From Clostridia bacterium (GTDB taxonomy: Bacteria > Bacillota > Clostridia > CAKSNL01 > HGM11501): a DNA stretch of 64,000 nt. How positions within the stretch are numbered: position 1 is the first letter of the stretch; every line of letters starts with the position of its first letter. The notes under the pieces were generated by a model. The model made no database searches. It worked only from the letters and a program-made list of their open reading frames with translations, and was not told where the DNA came from. A program made the position numbers and the translations under genes. Shown one piece after another: positions 56,069 through 64,000 of this stretch. The DNA is taken from contig JBGVKY010000007.1 of assembly GCA_045123995.1 (NCBI GenBank), positions 109 through 64,108 of the forward strand, in the 5' to 3' direction.

Positions 56069-56467
56069 TTACCAGATAAATGCAAGAACCTCTCCGCCTA
56101 CATTGGCAAGTCTTGCCTTTTTATCAGTCATAATGCCCTGTGAAGTTGAAATTATTGCAATACCAAGTCCTCTGTATACTCTGGGAAGTTCATCCTTTGT
56201 TGCGTATACTCTGAGACCGGGCTTTGAAACTCTCTTAAGACCTGTGATAGCCTTTTCCTTGTTGGCACCATACTTAAGAGTGATATCAATCATGCCCTGT
56301 TTGTCATCTTCGGTAACCTGGTATCCTTTAATATAGCCTTCCTCAAGAAGAATCTGAGCGATTGCCTTCTTCATGTTAGAAGCGGGAACCTTTACAGATT
56401 CATGTTTCTGGGAATTAGCGTTTCTGATACGCGTAAGCATATCAGCAATAGGATCTGTTATCTGCAT
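56069..56467 (-). CDS. rpsH: 30S ribosomal protein S8
   Basis: [18 protein letters not shown]; start ATG 56467 after GGAGG. The longer ORF-track N-terminal extension overlaps rpsN. Confidence 0.9.
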   Translation of the reverse strand: MQITDPIADMLTRIRNANSQKHESVKVPASNMKKAIAQILLEEGYIKGYQVTEDDKQGMIDITLKYGANKEKAITGLKRVSKPGLRVYATKDELPRVYRGLGIAIISTSQGIMTDKKARLANVGGEVLAFIW

Positions 56468-56496
56468 TATTATGCCTCCTTTTCCGTTAGAATGGA

Positions 56497-56682
56497 TTAC
56501 CAGCTGGCTTTTGTTACACCGGGAATCTCGCCCTTGTAAGCCAACTCTCTGAAGCAGATACGGCAAATGCCGTACTTTCTCAGATATGCATGGGGTCTGC
56601 CGCAGATTTTGCATCTGTTATATTCTCTTGTAGAATATTTCTGCTCTTTCTGCTGCTTTAAGATCATAGATTTCTTAGCCAT
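56497..56682 (-). CDS. rpsZ: 30S ribosomal protein S14 type Z (zinc-binding C+ form)
   Basis: 61 aa with [22 protein letters not shown]. Confidence 0.9.
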   Translation of the reverse strand: MAKKSMILKQQKEQKYSTREYNRCKICGRPHAYLRKYGICRICFRELAYKGEIPGVTKASW

Positions 56683-56703
56683 AACTTATCCTTTCCTCCC
56701 TGC

Positions 56704-57243
56704 TCAGTGAGCGAACGGAGCACCCATAAGTGTAAGGAGCTCACGTGCTTCTTCATCGGTCTTCGCAGTTGTTACGATTACGATATCCATACCTCTGATC
56801 TTATCGATCTTGTCGTACTCTATTTCAGGGAATATGATCTGTTCCTTAATACCTACATTGTAGTTACCTCTACCGTCGAAACTGTCAGGATTGATACCGC
56901 TGAAGTCTCTTACTCGGGGAAGTGCAACGTTAAAGAATCTGTCAAGGAACTCATACATCTTTTCTCTTCTGAGTGTTACCTTACAACCGATTGCCACACC
57001 TTCTCTGAGCTTGAAGTTAGCGATGGACTTCTTAGCCTTTGTTGTAACAACCTTCTGACCTGTAATCTTTTCAAGATCGCCGACAGCAGCTTCAAGCTCC
57101 TTCGGATTATCTTTAGCTTCACCAACACCGATGTTGATAACTATCTTTGAAATCTTAGGTATTTCCATGGGGTTTTTATAACCGAACTTTTCAACCAAAG
57201 CCTTGGTTACCTGTTCGTCATACAATGTTTTAAGTCTTGCCAT
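56704..57243 (-). CDS. rplE: 50S ribosomal protein L5
   Basis: [12 protein letters not shown]...; position. Confidence 0.95.
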   Translation of the reverse strand: MARLKTLYDEQVTKALVEKFGYKNPMEIPKISKIVINIGVGEAKDNPKELEAAVGDLEKITGQKVVTTKAKKSIANFKLREGVAIGCKVTLRREKMYEFLDRFFNVALPRVRDFSGINPDSFDGRGNYNVGIKEQIIFPEIEYDKIDKIRGMDIVIVTTAKTDEEARELLTLMGAPFAH

Positions 57244-57262
57244 TGGTTACAACCTCCTCTCA

Positions 57263-57583
57263 TCAGTCGTTAAAGGTTTCTCCGCACTTTTTGCATATGC
57301 GAACCTTGTTGCCGTTTTCAAGCAGCTTATAGCCTATTCTTGTAGGCTTATTGCACTTGGGGCAAACATGCATAACCTTGCATGCATAAATGGGTGATTC
57401 CTGCTTAATGATTCCGCCGGGCTGTGTCTGGCTCTTAGCTTTCTGGTGCTTTGTAGAAATGTTAACACCTTCAACTACAACCTTGCCAGCCTTGGGATTT
57501 GTGGAAAGCACCTTGCCCTGTTTACCTTTATGGGCACCGGATAATACTACTACCTGGTCACCCTCTTTAATATGAAGCGACAT
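57263..57583 (-). CDS. rplX: 50S ribosomal protein L24 (with unusual C-terminal CxxC-19-CxxC zinc-ribbon-like motif)
   Basis: KOW N-terminus ([20 protein letters not shown]); C-terminus [32 protein letters not shown]. Confidence 0.9.
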   Translation of the reverse strand: MSLHIKEGDQVVVLSGAHKGKQGKVLSTNPKAGKVVVEGVNISTKHQKAKSQTQPGGIIKQESPIYACKVMHVCPKCNKPTRIGYKLLENGNKVRICKKCGETFND

Positions 57584-57595
57584 ATTGGTACCTCC

Positions 57596-57964
57596 TTACA
57601 GAACTTCAGGAGCAAGAGAAAGTATTTTCATATACTCTTTTTCTCTGAGCTCTCTTGCTACGGGGCCAAAAATACGAGTTCCCTTGGGGTTCTTGTCTTC
57701 CTGGATAATAACCGCAGCGTTTTCGTCAAATCTTATATAAGAACCGTCCGCACGTCTTAAATTGTTAACTGTACGAACTACAACCGCCTTTACAACATCA
57801 CCTTTTTTAACAATACCGCCGGGTGCTGCCTTTTTAACGGAGCAGATGATTACGTCGCCAACGGACGCATACTTTCTGCCAGATCCGCCAAGTACACGAA
57901 TGCACATAACTTCTTTAGCACCTGTATTGTCAGCTATTTTCAAAAGAGACTGCTGCTGTATCAC
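57596..57964 (-). CDS. rplN: 50S ribosomal protein L14
   Basis: [27 protein letters not shown]. Confidence 0.95.
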   Translation of the reverse strand: MIQQQSLLKIADNTGAKEVMCIRVLGGSGRKYASVGDVIICSVKKAAPGGIVKKGDVVKAVVVRTVNNLRRADGSYIRFDENAAVIIQEDKNPKGTRIFGPVARELREKEYMKILSLAPEVL

Positions 57965-58002
57965 GATTCTTCACTCCTTCCGATAATTTAGCTTGGAACT
58001 AA

Positions 58003-58260
58003 TTATTTTACTTTTTCTACGATTTCAACAAGTCTCCATCTCTTGTCGCGGCTTAAGGGTCTTGTTTCCATAACCTTTACCTTATCGCCAATCTGGCACT
58101 CATTTAACTCATCATGAGCCTTAAGTGTATAAGTTCTCTTAACAACCTTGCCGTAGAGAGGATGCTTTACGTGTTCTTCAATTGCTACAACAATGGTCTT
58201 ATCCATCTTGTCGCTCTTTACAACACCTATTCTGACTTTACGAAAATTTCTTTCAGACAT
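58003..58260 (-). CDS. rpsQ: 30S ribosomal protein S17
   Basis: [22 protein letters not shown]. Confidence 0.95.
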   Translation of the reverse strand: MSERNFRKVRIGVVKSDKMDKTIVVAIEEHVKHPLYGKVVKRTYTLKAHDELNECQIGDKVKVMETRPLSRDKRWRLVEIVEKVK

Positions 58261-58285
58261 TTACATATACCTCCTTCCGAGCCTT

Positions 58286-58480
58286 TTAAGCGTTCATCTC
58301 TTTCTCTTTGATGACCGTCATGACTTTAGCAATTGACTTCTTCGTCTCAACAATCTTCATGGGGTTGTCGAGCTGATTGGTCGCATGCTGGAATCTGAGA
58401 TTAAAAAGCTCGCTCTTAAGGTCTGTAAGCTTTGTCTTCAGTTCCTCTAAGGATAATTCACGAATTTCTTTAATTTTCAC
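58286..58480 (-). CDS. rpmC: 50S ribosomal protein L29 (GTG start)
   Basis: [40 protein letters not shown]; GGAGGG 8 nt before the GTG. The longer ORF-track start overlaps rplP. Confidence 0.85.
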   Translation of the reverse strand: MKIKEIRELSLEELKTKLTDLKSELFNLRFQHATNQLDNPMKIVETKKSIAKVMTVIKEKEMNA

Positions 58481-58901
58481 AAGAATCACCCTCCGTTTCC
58501 TTTTTAACAAATTTGCACTTAATCGGAAGCTTATGCATTGCAAGTCTCATAGCTTCTCTTGCTGTTTCTTCGTCTACACCCTTAACTTCGAAGAGAACTC
58601 TTCCGGGCTTAACAACAGCTACCCAGTATTCGGGAGAACCTTTACCGGAACCCATTCGTGTTTCAGCAGGCTTCTCTGTTACGGGCTTGTCGGGGAATAT
58701 TTTGATAAATACCTGACCGCCTCTCTTAATGTATCTTGTAAGAGCGATACGGGCAGCTTCTATCTGGTTTGAAGTAATCCAGGAGGGCTCTAAAGCCTGA
58801 AGACCGAAATCACCGTAAGTAACCTTGTTACCTCTCTGAGCAGTACCGGTCATTCTTCCTCTGAATACTCTTCTGTGTTTAACTCTTTTAGGCATTAACA
58901 T
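58470..58901 (-). CDS. rplP: 50S ribosomal protein L16
   Basis: [19 protein letters not shown]. Confidence 0.95.
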   Translation of the reverse strand: MLMPKRVKHRRVFRGRMTGTAQRGNKVTYGDFGLQALEPSWITSNQIEAARIALTRYIKRGGQVFIKIFPDKPVTEKPAETRMGSGKGSPEYWVAVVKPGRVLFEVKGVDEETAREAMRLAMHKLPIKCKFVKKETEGDSCEN

Positions 58902-59622
58902 TGTTTTTGCCTCCTTCCGTCTTGCGGGGAGCTCTCTTGTCCCTTCTGGGTCTTTCGCTTACAGGAGGAGCTATCTCTGCTGCAGCCTTTGTACCGGGAA
59001 GAACTTCTCCCTTGTAGATCCAAACCTTAACGCCGATCTTACCATAGGTTGTGTTTGCCTCCCAGAAGCCGTAGTCAATGTCAGCTCTCAATGTCTGAAG
59101 CGGAATTGTTCCCTCGTGATAGTGCTCTGATCTTGCGATTTCAGCACCACCGAGACGACCTGAACAAGTAGTCTTAATACCCTTTGCTCCCATCTTCATA
59201 GCTCTCTGCATAGAGCTCTTCATAGCTTTTCTGAAAGATATTCTCTTTTCAAGCTGTGCAGCAATGCTCTCAGCAACAAGCTGTGCATTTGTTGAAGGAT
59301 TCTTTACTTCAACGATGTTGAGTGCAACTTCCTTACCGGTCATTGCAACGATATCAGCTTTAATCTTTTCGATTTCAGAACCGTTCTTACCGATGATAAC
59401 ACCGGGTCTTGCCGTGTTGATAGAAACTGTAACCTTGTTGTTTGCTCTTTCAATTTCAATCTTAGAAACGTTTGCGGCAAAAAGTGTCTTTTTAAGGAAG
59501 GTTCTGATTTTGTAATCTTCTACAAGATTATCACCGAAAGTTTTCTTATCAGCGTACCACTTAGAGTCCCAGTCTTTTATAACGCCGACTCTTAAACCGT
59601 GGGGATTAACTTTCTGGCCCAT
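58888..59622 (-). CDS. rpsC: 30S ribosomal protein S3
   Basis: [24 protein letters not shown]; KH domain. Confidence 0.95.
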   Translation of the reverse strand: MGQKVNPHGLRVGVIKDWDSKWYADKKTFGDNLVEDYKIRTFLKKTLFAANVSKIEIERANNKVTVSINTARPGVIIGKNGSEIEKIKADIVAMTGKEVALNIVEVKNPSTNAQLVAESIAAQLEKRISFRKAMKSSMQRAMKMGAKGIKTTCSGRLGGAEIARSEHYHEGTIPLQTLRADIDYGFWEANTTYGKIGVKVWIYKGEVLPGTKAAAEIAPPVSERPRRDKRAPRKTEGGKNNVNA

Positions 59623-59981
59623 TATTTTGCCTCCCTTTCTTTAACAACGATAGTAATGTGGCATGTTCTCTTTAAGATCCTGAACGCACGTCCCTGAGCT
59701 CTGGGTCTGATTCTCTTAAGTGTAGGACCCGCATTAGCATAAGCCTCAGCTACGTATAAATCATCAGGATTCATGCCGAAATTGTTTTCCGCATTTGCGA
59801 TAGCGGAGTTCAAAAGTTTTATTAAAACCTCAGAAGCAGCCTTGGGTGTATTCTTTAAGATACCCATTGCAACACCAACAGGCTTATTTCTGATGAGGTC
59901 GTTAACAATATTCACCTTTCTGGGTGATATGCGAATAAAGCGTGCAATAGCTTTCGCTTCTGTTCTTGCCTCCATCGACAA
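59622..59981 (-). CDS. rplV: 50S ribosomal protein L22
   Basis: [23 protein letters not shown]. Confidence 0.95.
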   Translation of the reverse strand: MSMEARTEAKAIARFIRISPRKVNIVNDLIRNKPVGVAMGILKNTPKAASEVLIKLLNSAIANAENNFGMNPDDLYVAEAYANAGPTLKRIRPRAQGRAFRILKRTCHITIVVKEREAK

Positions 59982-60002
59982 TTCCTCCTCTCTTACGAGA
60001 TA

Positions 60003-60278
60003 TTACTTTCCGGTTGTCTTTGCGCCTGCATGACCCTTGAAGGTTCTTGTAGGAGCAAATTCACCTAACTTATGACCAACCATATCTTCTGTTACATAAA
60101 CCGGAACATGCTTTCTTCCGTCATGTACTGCTATTGTATGACCTACAAAATCAGGGAAAATCGTGGAAGATCTTGACCAAGTTTTAAGAACTCTTTTTTC
60201 GCCTGCTTCGTTCATTTTGGAAATACGAGCAAAAAGCTTCGCATCAACGAAGGGGCCTTTCTTTACACTGCGTCCCAT
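60003..60278 (-). CDS. rpsS: 30S ribosomal protein S19
   Basis: [12 protein letters not shown]...[19 protein letters not shown]. Confidence 0.95.
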   Translation of the reverse strand: MGRSVKKGPFVDAKLFARISKMNEAGEKRVLKTWSRSSTIFPDFVGHTIAVHDGRKHVPVYVTEDMVGHKLGEFAPTRTFKGHAGAKTTGK

Positions 60279-60296
60279 ATTAAAATCCTCCTTCTA

Positions 60297-61130
60297 TTAT
60301 TTACCGTTACGGGTCTTAACGATGTACTTTGTAGAGTACTTCTTATTCTTACGTGTCTTAAGACCGAGTGCAGGTTTACCCCAGGGTGTAACAGGACTGG
60401 GCATACCGATGGGTGACTTACCTTCACCACCACCGTGAGGATGGTCGTTGGGGTTCATTACAACACCGCGGACTGTGGGACGAATACCCATATGTCTCTT
60501 TCTTCCGGCTTTACCGATATTGATGTTTTCATGATCCTGGTTTCCGATAACACCGATTGTAGCCTTGCAGTCAACGTCTATCATTCTTACTTCTCCGGAA
60601 GGCATTCTTATCTGAGAATACTTATCTTCCTTAGCCATAAGCTGAGCGCCTGCGCCGGCACTTCTTACAAGCTGACCGCCCTTACCCTTGGAAATTTCGA
60701 TATTGTGTATCAAAGTACCAACGGGAATTGCTCTTATGGGGAGGCAGTTACCGGGCTTAATGTCTGCATTAGCACCTGACATAACTTTGCTTCCAACCTT
60801 AAGATCCTGAGGAGCCAAGATATAGCTCTTTACTCCGTCTTCATACTGAATAAGTGCGATGTTTGCACTTCTGTTGGGATCGTATTCGATTGTAAGAACT
60901 GTAGCTTCCATATCAAGCTTGTTTCTCTTAAAATCGATGATTCTGTATTTTCTCCTGTTTGCGCCGCCTCTGTGACGAACCGTGATTCTACCGTAGGAAT
61001 TTCTTCCGGCATTATTCTTCAAAGGTTCGAGCAGAGAACGCTCTGGTTTATTTGTGGTGATTTCCTCAAATGTAGAAACCGTCATCTGTCTGCGCGCAGG
61101 AGAGGTAGGGTTGTATTTTCTTATAGCCAT
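60297..61130 (-). CDS. rplB: 50S ribosomal protein L2
   Basis: [16 protein letters not shown]...; 277 aa. Confidence 0.95.
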   Translation of the reverse strand: MAIRKYNPTSPARRQMTVSTFEEITTNKPERSLLEPLKNNAGRNSYGRITVRHRGGANRRKYRIIDFKRNKLDMEATVLTIEYDPNRSANIALIQYEDGVKSYILAPQDLKVGSKVMSGANADIKPGNCLPIRAIPVGTLIHNIEISKGKGGQLVRSAGAGAQLMAKEDKYSQIRMPSGEVRMIDVDCKATIGVIGNQDHENINIGKAGRKRHMGIRPTVRGVVMNPNDHPHGGGEGKSPIGMPSPVTPWGKPALGLKTRKNKKYSTKYIVKTRNGK

Positions 61131-61169
61131 TTTTAATCAAACTCCTAACTTCTTTTACTTACGTACAGC

Positions 61170-61466
61170 TTATACCAAACCTTCAAAGGCTTCAATTGTC
61201 TTGCTCTTTTCTGTAAGCTTAACTACTGCCTTTTTCCAGTTGGGTCTGCTGCCGATGCTTGCGCCCATTCTCTTTACTTTGCCGAGGTATCTTGCGGTTG
61301 TAACCTTTTCAACCTCTGTGCCGGGGAAGAGCTCCTCAACAGCCTTTTTGATTTCAATCTTATTAGCGGTGAGACTTACTACGAAAGTATACTTTCTGTC
61401 CGCAATCTGCTCCATACCCTGTTCTGTGATTAAGGGCTTTTTAATGATATCATAAGCTGACTTCAT
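61170..61466 (-). CDS. rplW: 50S ribosomal protein L23
   Basis: YDIIKKPLITEQGM. Confidence 0.9.
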   Translation of the reverse strand: MKSAYDIIKKPLITEQGMEQIADRKYTFVVSLTANKIEIKKAVEELFPGTEVEKVTTARYLGKVKRMGASIGSRPNWKKAVVKLTEKSKTIEAFEGLV

Positions 61467-62089
61467 TATGCATACACCTCCTGGAGTTTCTCTACCGCAC
61501 TCTTAGCCACGATGAGCTTGTCGTATTTGATTAAATCATATACATTAAGCATTCCAACGAAAGAAGCTTTTGCTCCCTCGATGTTTCTTGTGGAAAGATA
61601 TACGTTTTCATTCTTATCGCAAGTAACTACTAAAGCTTTCTTGTCTTCGCCGAGCTTTGCGATAAACTGTGCCATTGTCTTTGTCTTAACTTCATCCATC
61701 TTAAGGTCGTCAATAACAAAAATCTTGTTTTCCAAAACCTTAGCGGAAAGAGCAGATCTCATAGCAACAGCCTTTACCTTCTTATTTACAGAATATCTGT
61801 AATCTCTGGGCTTGGGTCCTAATGCAATACCGCCGCCTACATGATTAGGAGCTCTTAATGAACCCTGTCTTGCACGGCCTGTTCCCTTCTGTCTGTAGGG
61901 CTTAGCACCGCCGCCTTCTACTTCTGTACGGGTCTTTGTAGACTGAGTGCCCTGTCTCTGGTTAGCCAGGTAATTCACAACAACTGTGTGAAGCACTGCA
62001 CCGTTTACTTCCTGACCGAATACTGCGTCGGAAAGCTCAATTTCGCCAACCTTTGCAGCAGTCATATCAAATAAATCAGTTTTAGGCAT
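61466..62089 (-). CDS. rplD: 50S ribosomal protein L4
   Basis: 207 aa; QGTQSTKTRTEVEGGGAKPYRQKGTGRAR. Confidence 0.95.
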   Translation of the reverse strand: MPKTDLFDMTAAKVGEIELSDAVFGQEVNGAVLHTVVVNYLANQRQGTQSTKTRTEVEGGGAKPYRQKGTGRARQGSLRAPNHVGGGIALGPKPRDYRYSVNKKVKAVAMRSALSAKVLENKIFVIDDLKMDEVKTKTMAQFIAKLGEDKKALVVTCDKNENVYLSTRNIEGAKASFVGMLNVYDLIKYDKLIVAKSAVEKLQEVYA

Positions 62090-62113
62090 CTAAAATTCCT
62101 CCTTCCTTAAGTC

Positions 62114-62746
62114 TTACGCCTTGATGGCGTTTCTTACTGTAACGATTCCGCCCTTAGCACCGGGAATCGCACCCTTTATCAAAAGAAGATTTCTTTCGGC
62201 ATCAACTTTTACGATTTCAAGGTTCAATACAGTAACTCTGTCAACACCCATATGTCCTGCAAGCTTCTTGCCCTTTAATACTCTTGAGGGAGTGGAGCAA
62301 GCGCCCATTGAACCGGGATGTCTGTGTACGGGGCCTGTACCGTGTGTCTCCTTAAGTCTGGAGAAGTTGTGACGCTTAATAACGCCTGCATATCCCTTAC
62401 CTTTGGAGATACCGATTACGTCAACCTTATCTGCTTCTGCAAATATGTCGCACTTAATCTCGTCGTTTACGTTGAGAGAAGCTGTGTCCGCCAAACGGAA
62501 TTCCCTCAGATACTTCTTTGCTTCAGCCTCAGCCTTAGCGAAATGTCCTTTAAGGGGCTTTGAAACGTGCTTGTCCTTAATGGAGCCGAAGCCGACCTGA
62601 ACTGCCTCGTAGCCGTCCTTTTCTACGGTCTTCTTCTGAATTACTGTGCAAGGACCAGCTTCCACTACGGTAACGGGAATTACTTTTCCGTCCGGAGCGA
62701 AAACCTGGGTCATGCCGATTTTCTTACCGATAATTGCCTTTTCCAT
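62114..62746 (-). CDS. rplC: 50S ribosomal protein L3
   Basis: [16 protein letters not shown]; start ATG 62746 after AAGGAGGA. Confidence 0.9.
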   Translation of the reverse strand: MEKAIIGKKIGMTQVFAPDGKVIPVTVVEAGPCTVIQKKTVEKDGYEAVQVGFGSIKDKHVSKPLKGHFAKAEAEAKKYLREFRLADTASLNVNDEIKCDIFAEADKVDVIGISKGKGYAGVIKRHNFSRLKETHGTGPVHRHPGSMGACSTPSRVLKGKKLAGHMGVDRVTVLNLEIVKVDAERNLLLIKGAIPGAKGGIVTVRNAIKA

Positions 62747-62828
62747 GAGTATAACGTCCTCCTTAATATTGGTTATTGGTTGGCATTTCACCAACATTGA
62801 CCGGTAAACCGGAGTTTAATTGATGTTC

Positions 62829-63152
62829 TTATTTTGCGTTCTGTAAGAGCTTAATCTCAACCTGTACGCCGGCAGGAACATCGAGTCTGCCGAGAGCTTC
62901 AACAGTCTTCTGTGTGGGAGAGAGAATGTCGATAAGTCTCTTGTGAGTTCTCATTTCAAACTGTTCGCGAGAATCCTTGTACTTATGAACCGCACGAAGA
63001 ATTGTCACAACTTCCTTTTCTGTGGGAAGAGGAATGGGACCCTTTACTTCAGAACCTGTTCTCTTGGCTGTTTCCACAATCTTGTCTGTGGACTGGTCTA
63101 AAAGAGCATGGTCATAAGCTTTCAATCTGATTCTGATTTTCTGTTTTGCCAT
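62829..63152 (-). CDS. rpsJ: 30S ribosomal protein S10
   Basis: [44 protein letters not shown]. Confidence 0.95.
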   Translation of the reverse strand: MAKQKIRIRLKAYDHALLDQSTDKIVETAKRTGSEVKGPIPLPTEKEVVTILRAVHKYKDSREQFEMRTHKRLIDILSPTQKTVEALGRLDVPAGVQVEIKLLQNAK

Positions 63153-63465
63153 GAGTAAAATCGCCTCCTTATATTATTTGCTTTGGTATTATTTAGGAGA
63201 CAGAGAAAAATTCGACTTACACTCGTCCGGGTGTTTCATGTACCCCAACATTAAATCCCAGCCTTGGCTGGGCTGCTTCTTCCAAGGAATTCCACACATT
63301 TCCTTTTCCGTCGCTTTCTTGTAAGCCTTTTTAGCTTTCGCCCGGTTTCTCTGAATCGGACTTCCTCGGCAGGAAAACCGGCATTTACCGCAACCTCCTG
63401 CTTCATCGGTAGTCTGTTTTCATATGCCCCAAAACGCATACAAAAACAGTGGTCACATAGACCGA
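63153..63465 (-). promoter_or_regulatory. long (~310 nt) structured 5-prime leader of the S10 operon (candidate autoregulatory/attenuator RNA)
   Basis: Multiple stable hairpins (cccagcc-ttg-gctggg at 63256-63272; ccggttt...aaaccgg) between the promoter and the rpsJ RBS. No credible ORF. Confidence 0.4.
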
Positions 63466-63472
63466 CCTTGTA

Positions 63473-63501
63473 ATAATACCATGAAAAAGGCAGTTTGTCA
63501 A
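63473..63501 (-). promoter_or_regulatory. near-consensus sigma-A promoter of the S10-spc-alpha super-operon with an A/T-rich UP element
   Basis: Minus strand TTGACA (63496-63501) - 17 nt - TATTAT (63473-63478), with an A/T-rich tract upstream (63502-63535). Confidence 0.6.
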
Positions 63502-63707
63502 CACTTTTTTTTACATTTTTTACTTTTTGTCAATTCTGTCAAAAAGCTGATTTTTTTCTCCATTTTTTGTGCATTTTAACAATGCACCCGATAAATCTGA
63601 AAAATTCCTTCCTTATTATATATACTATATCTGCATTTATTTTATTAAATTTACAATCTCTGTATATTTTATTCCGTCCCGGAAACACTATATCCGAGGT
63701 GAATTTT

Positions 63708-64000
63708 ATGAAAAATCGTCGCAACGTCATTTTCTTCTCTTTAATGGCTTTTGTCCTTATACTTAACATCTTCATCACCCCTTTTGTTTCCTCTCTCCCC
63801 ACCTTGTCCAAATTAGGCTCCAGGGGACAGGAGGTAAAAAACATACAGTACCGTCTTCGTGAATGGGGCTATTACAACGGAAGCATTGACGGAGTGTACG
63901 GTCAGAAAACGAAAAATGCCGTAATAAAATTCCAGCGAAAAAACGGACTTACTCCTGACGGAATTGCAGGCAATGCCACATTGGCGGCCATAGGCCTTTC
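63708..64000 (+). CDS. peptidoglycan-binding (PG_binding_1) domain protein with signal peptide, SleB-like spore cortex-lytic enzyme N-terminus (3-prime end outside window)
   Basis: GAGGTGA RBS. MKNRRNVIFFSLMAFVLILNIF signal/TM, then GSRGQEVKNIQYRLREWGYYNGSIDGVYGQKTKNAVIKFQRKNGLTPDGIAGNATLAAIG PG-binding repeat. Confidence 0.55.
   Translation, partial: MKNRRNVIFFSLMAFVLILNIFITPFVSSLPTLSKLGSRGQEVKNIQYRLREWGYYNGSIDGVYGQKTKNAVIKFQRKNGLTPDGIAGNATLAAIGL

Noticed and set aside
56069-56614. 181-aa extended form of rpsH
   Set aside because: The N-terminal 49 aa overlap rpsN and lack similarity to S8. The conserved S8 N-terminus MQITDP with a GGAGG RBS defines the true start at 56467.
63251-63439. 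62-aa minus-strand ORF in the S10 leader and 101-aa ORF 63539-63844
   Set aside because: They lie within the promoter/leader of the S10 operon, have no RBS, and are Arg/Lys-rich junk translations. 63539-63844 also overlaps the promoter itself and runs antisense to the SleB-like gene start.

Overview
About 40% GC Firmicutes (Clostridia, Ruminococcaceae-like anaerobe) chromosomal window. Left third (+ strand): an H2-sensing [FeFe]-hydrogenase module made of two thioredoxin-like 2Fe-2S ferredoxins, a PAS-containing sensory hydrogenase HydS, a PP2C/SpoIIE-type phosphatase and a catalytic HydA. This is followed by a redox and oxidative-stress cluster: trxA, trxB, ferritin, SDR, MFS, desulfoferrodoxin, ahpC, and a domain-swapped ahpF. 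Next come a tRNA-Pro(CGG) with tRNA-associated direct repeats, citrate synthase, an ABC exporter, radA, cwlD, typA, the ctsR-mcsA-mcsB-clpC operon with visible CtsR operators, fba and tspO. Middle (26.8-38.0 kb): an ~11 kb tail-less, integrase-less, replication-less prophage-like cassette. A CI/LexA-like repressor reads divergently from a minus-strand operon encoding a large unknown protein, an SLH-domain cysteine peptidase, a holin, an amidase endolysin, a Prp-like protease, scaffold, major capsid, TerL, portal and a gp7-like protein. Right: mrp/apbC, an AI-2E transporter, a V-type ATPase operon of the reduced E-x-A-B-D-I-K type, and the complete S10-spc-alpha ribosomal super-operon on the minus strand (rpsJ through rplQ, including secY-adk-map-infA-rpmJ-rpoA), driven by a near-consensus promoter with a ~310 nt structured leader. 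The window ends in a partial SleB-like gene. No CRISPR arrays, rRNA or IS transposases were seen.
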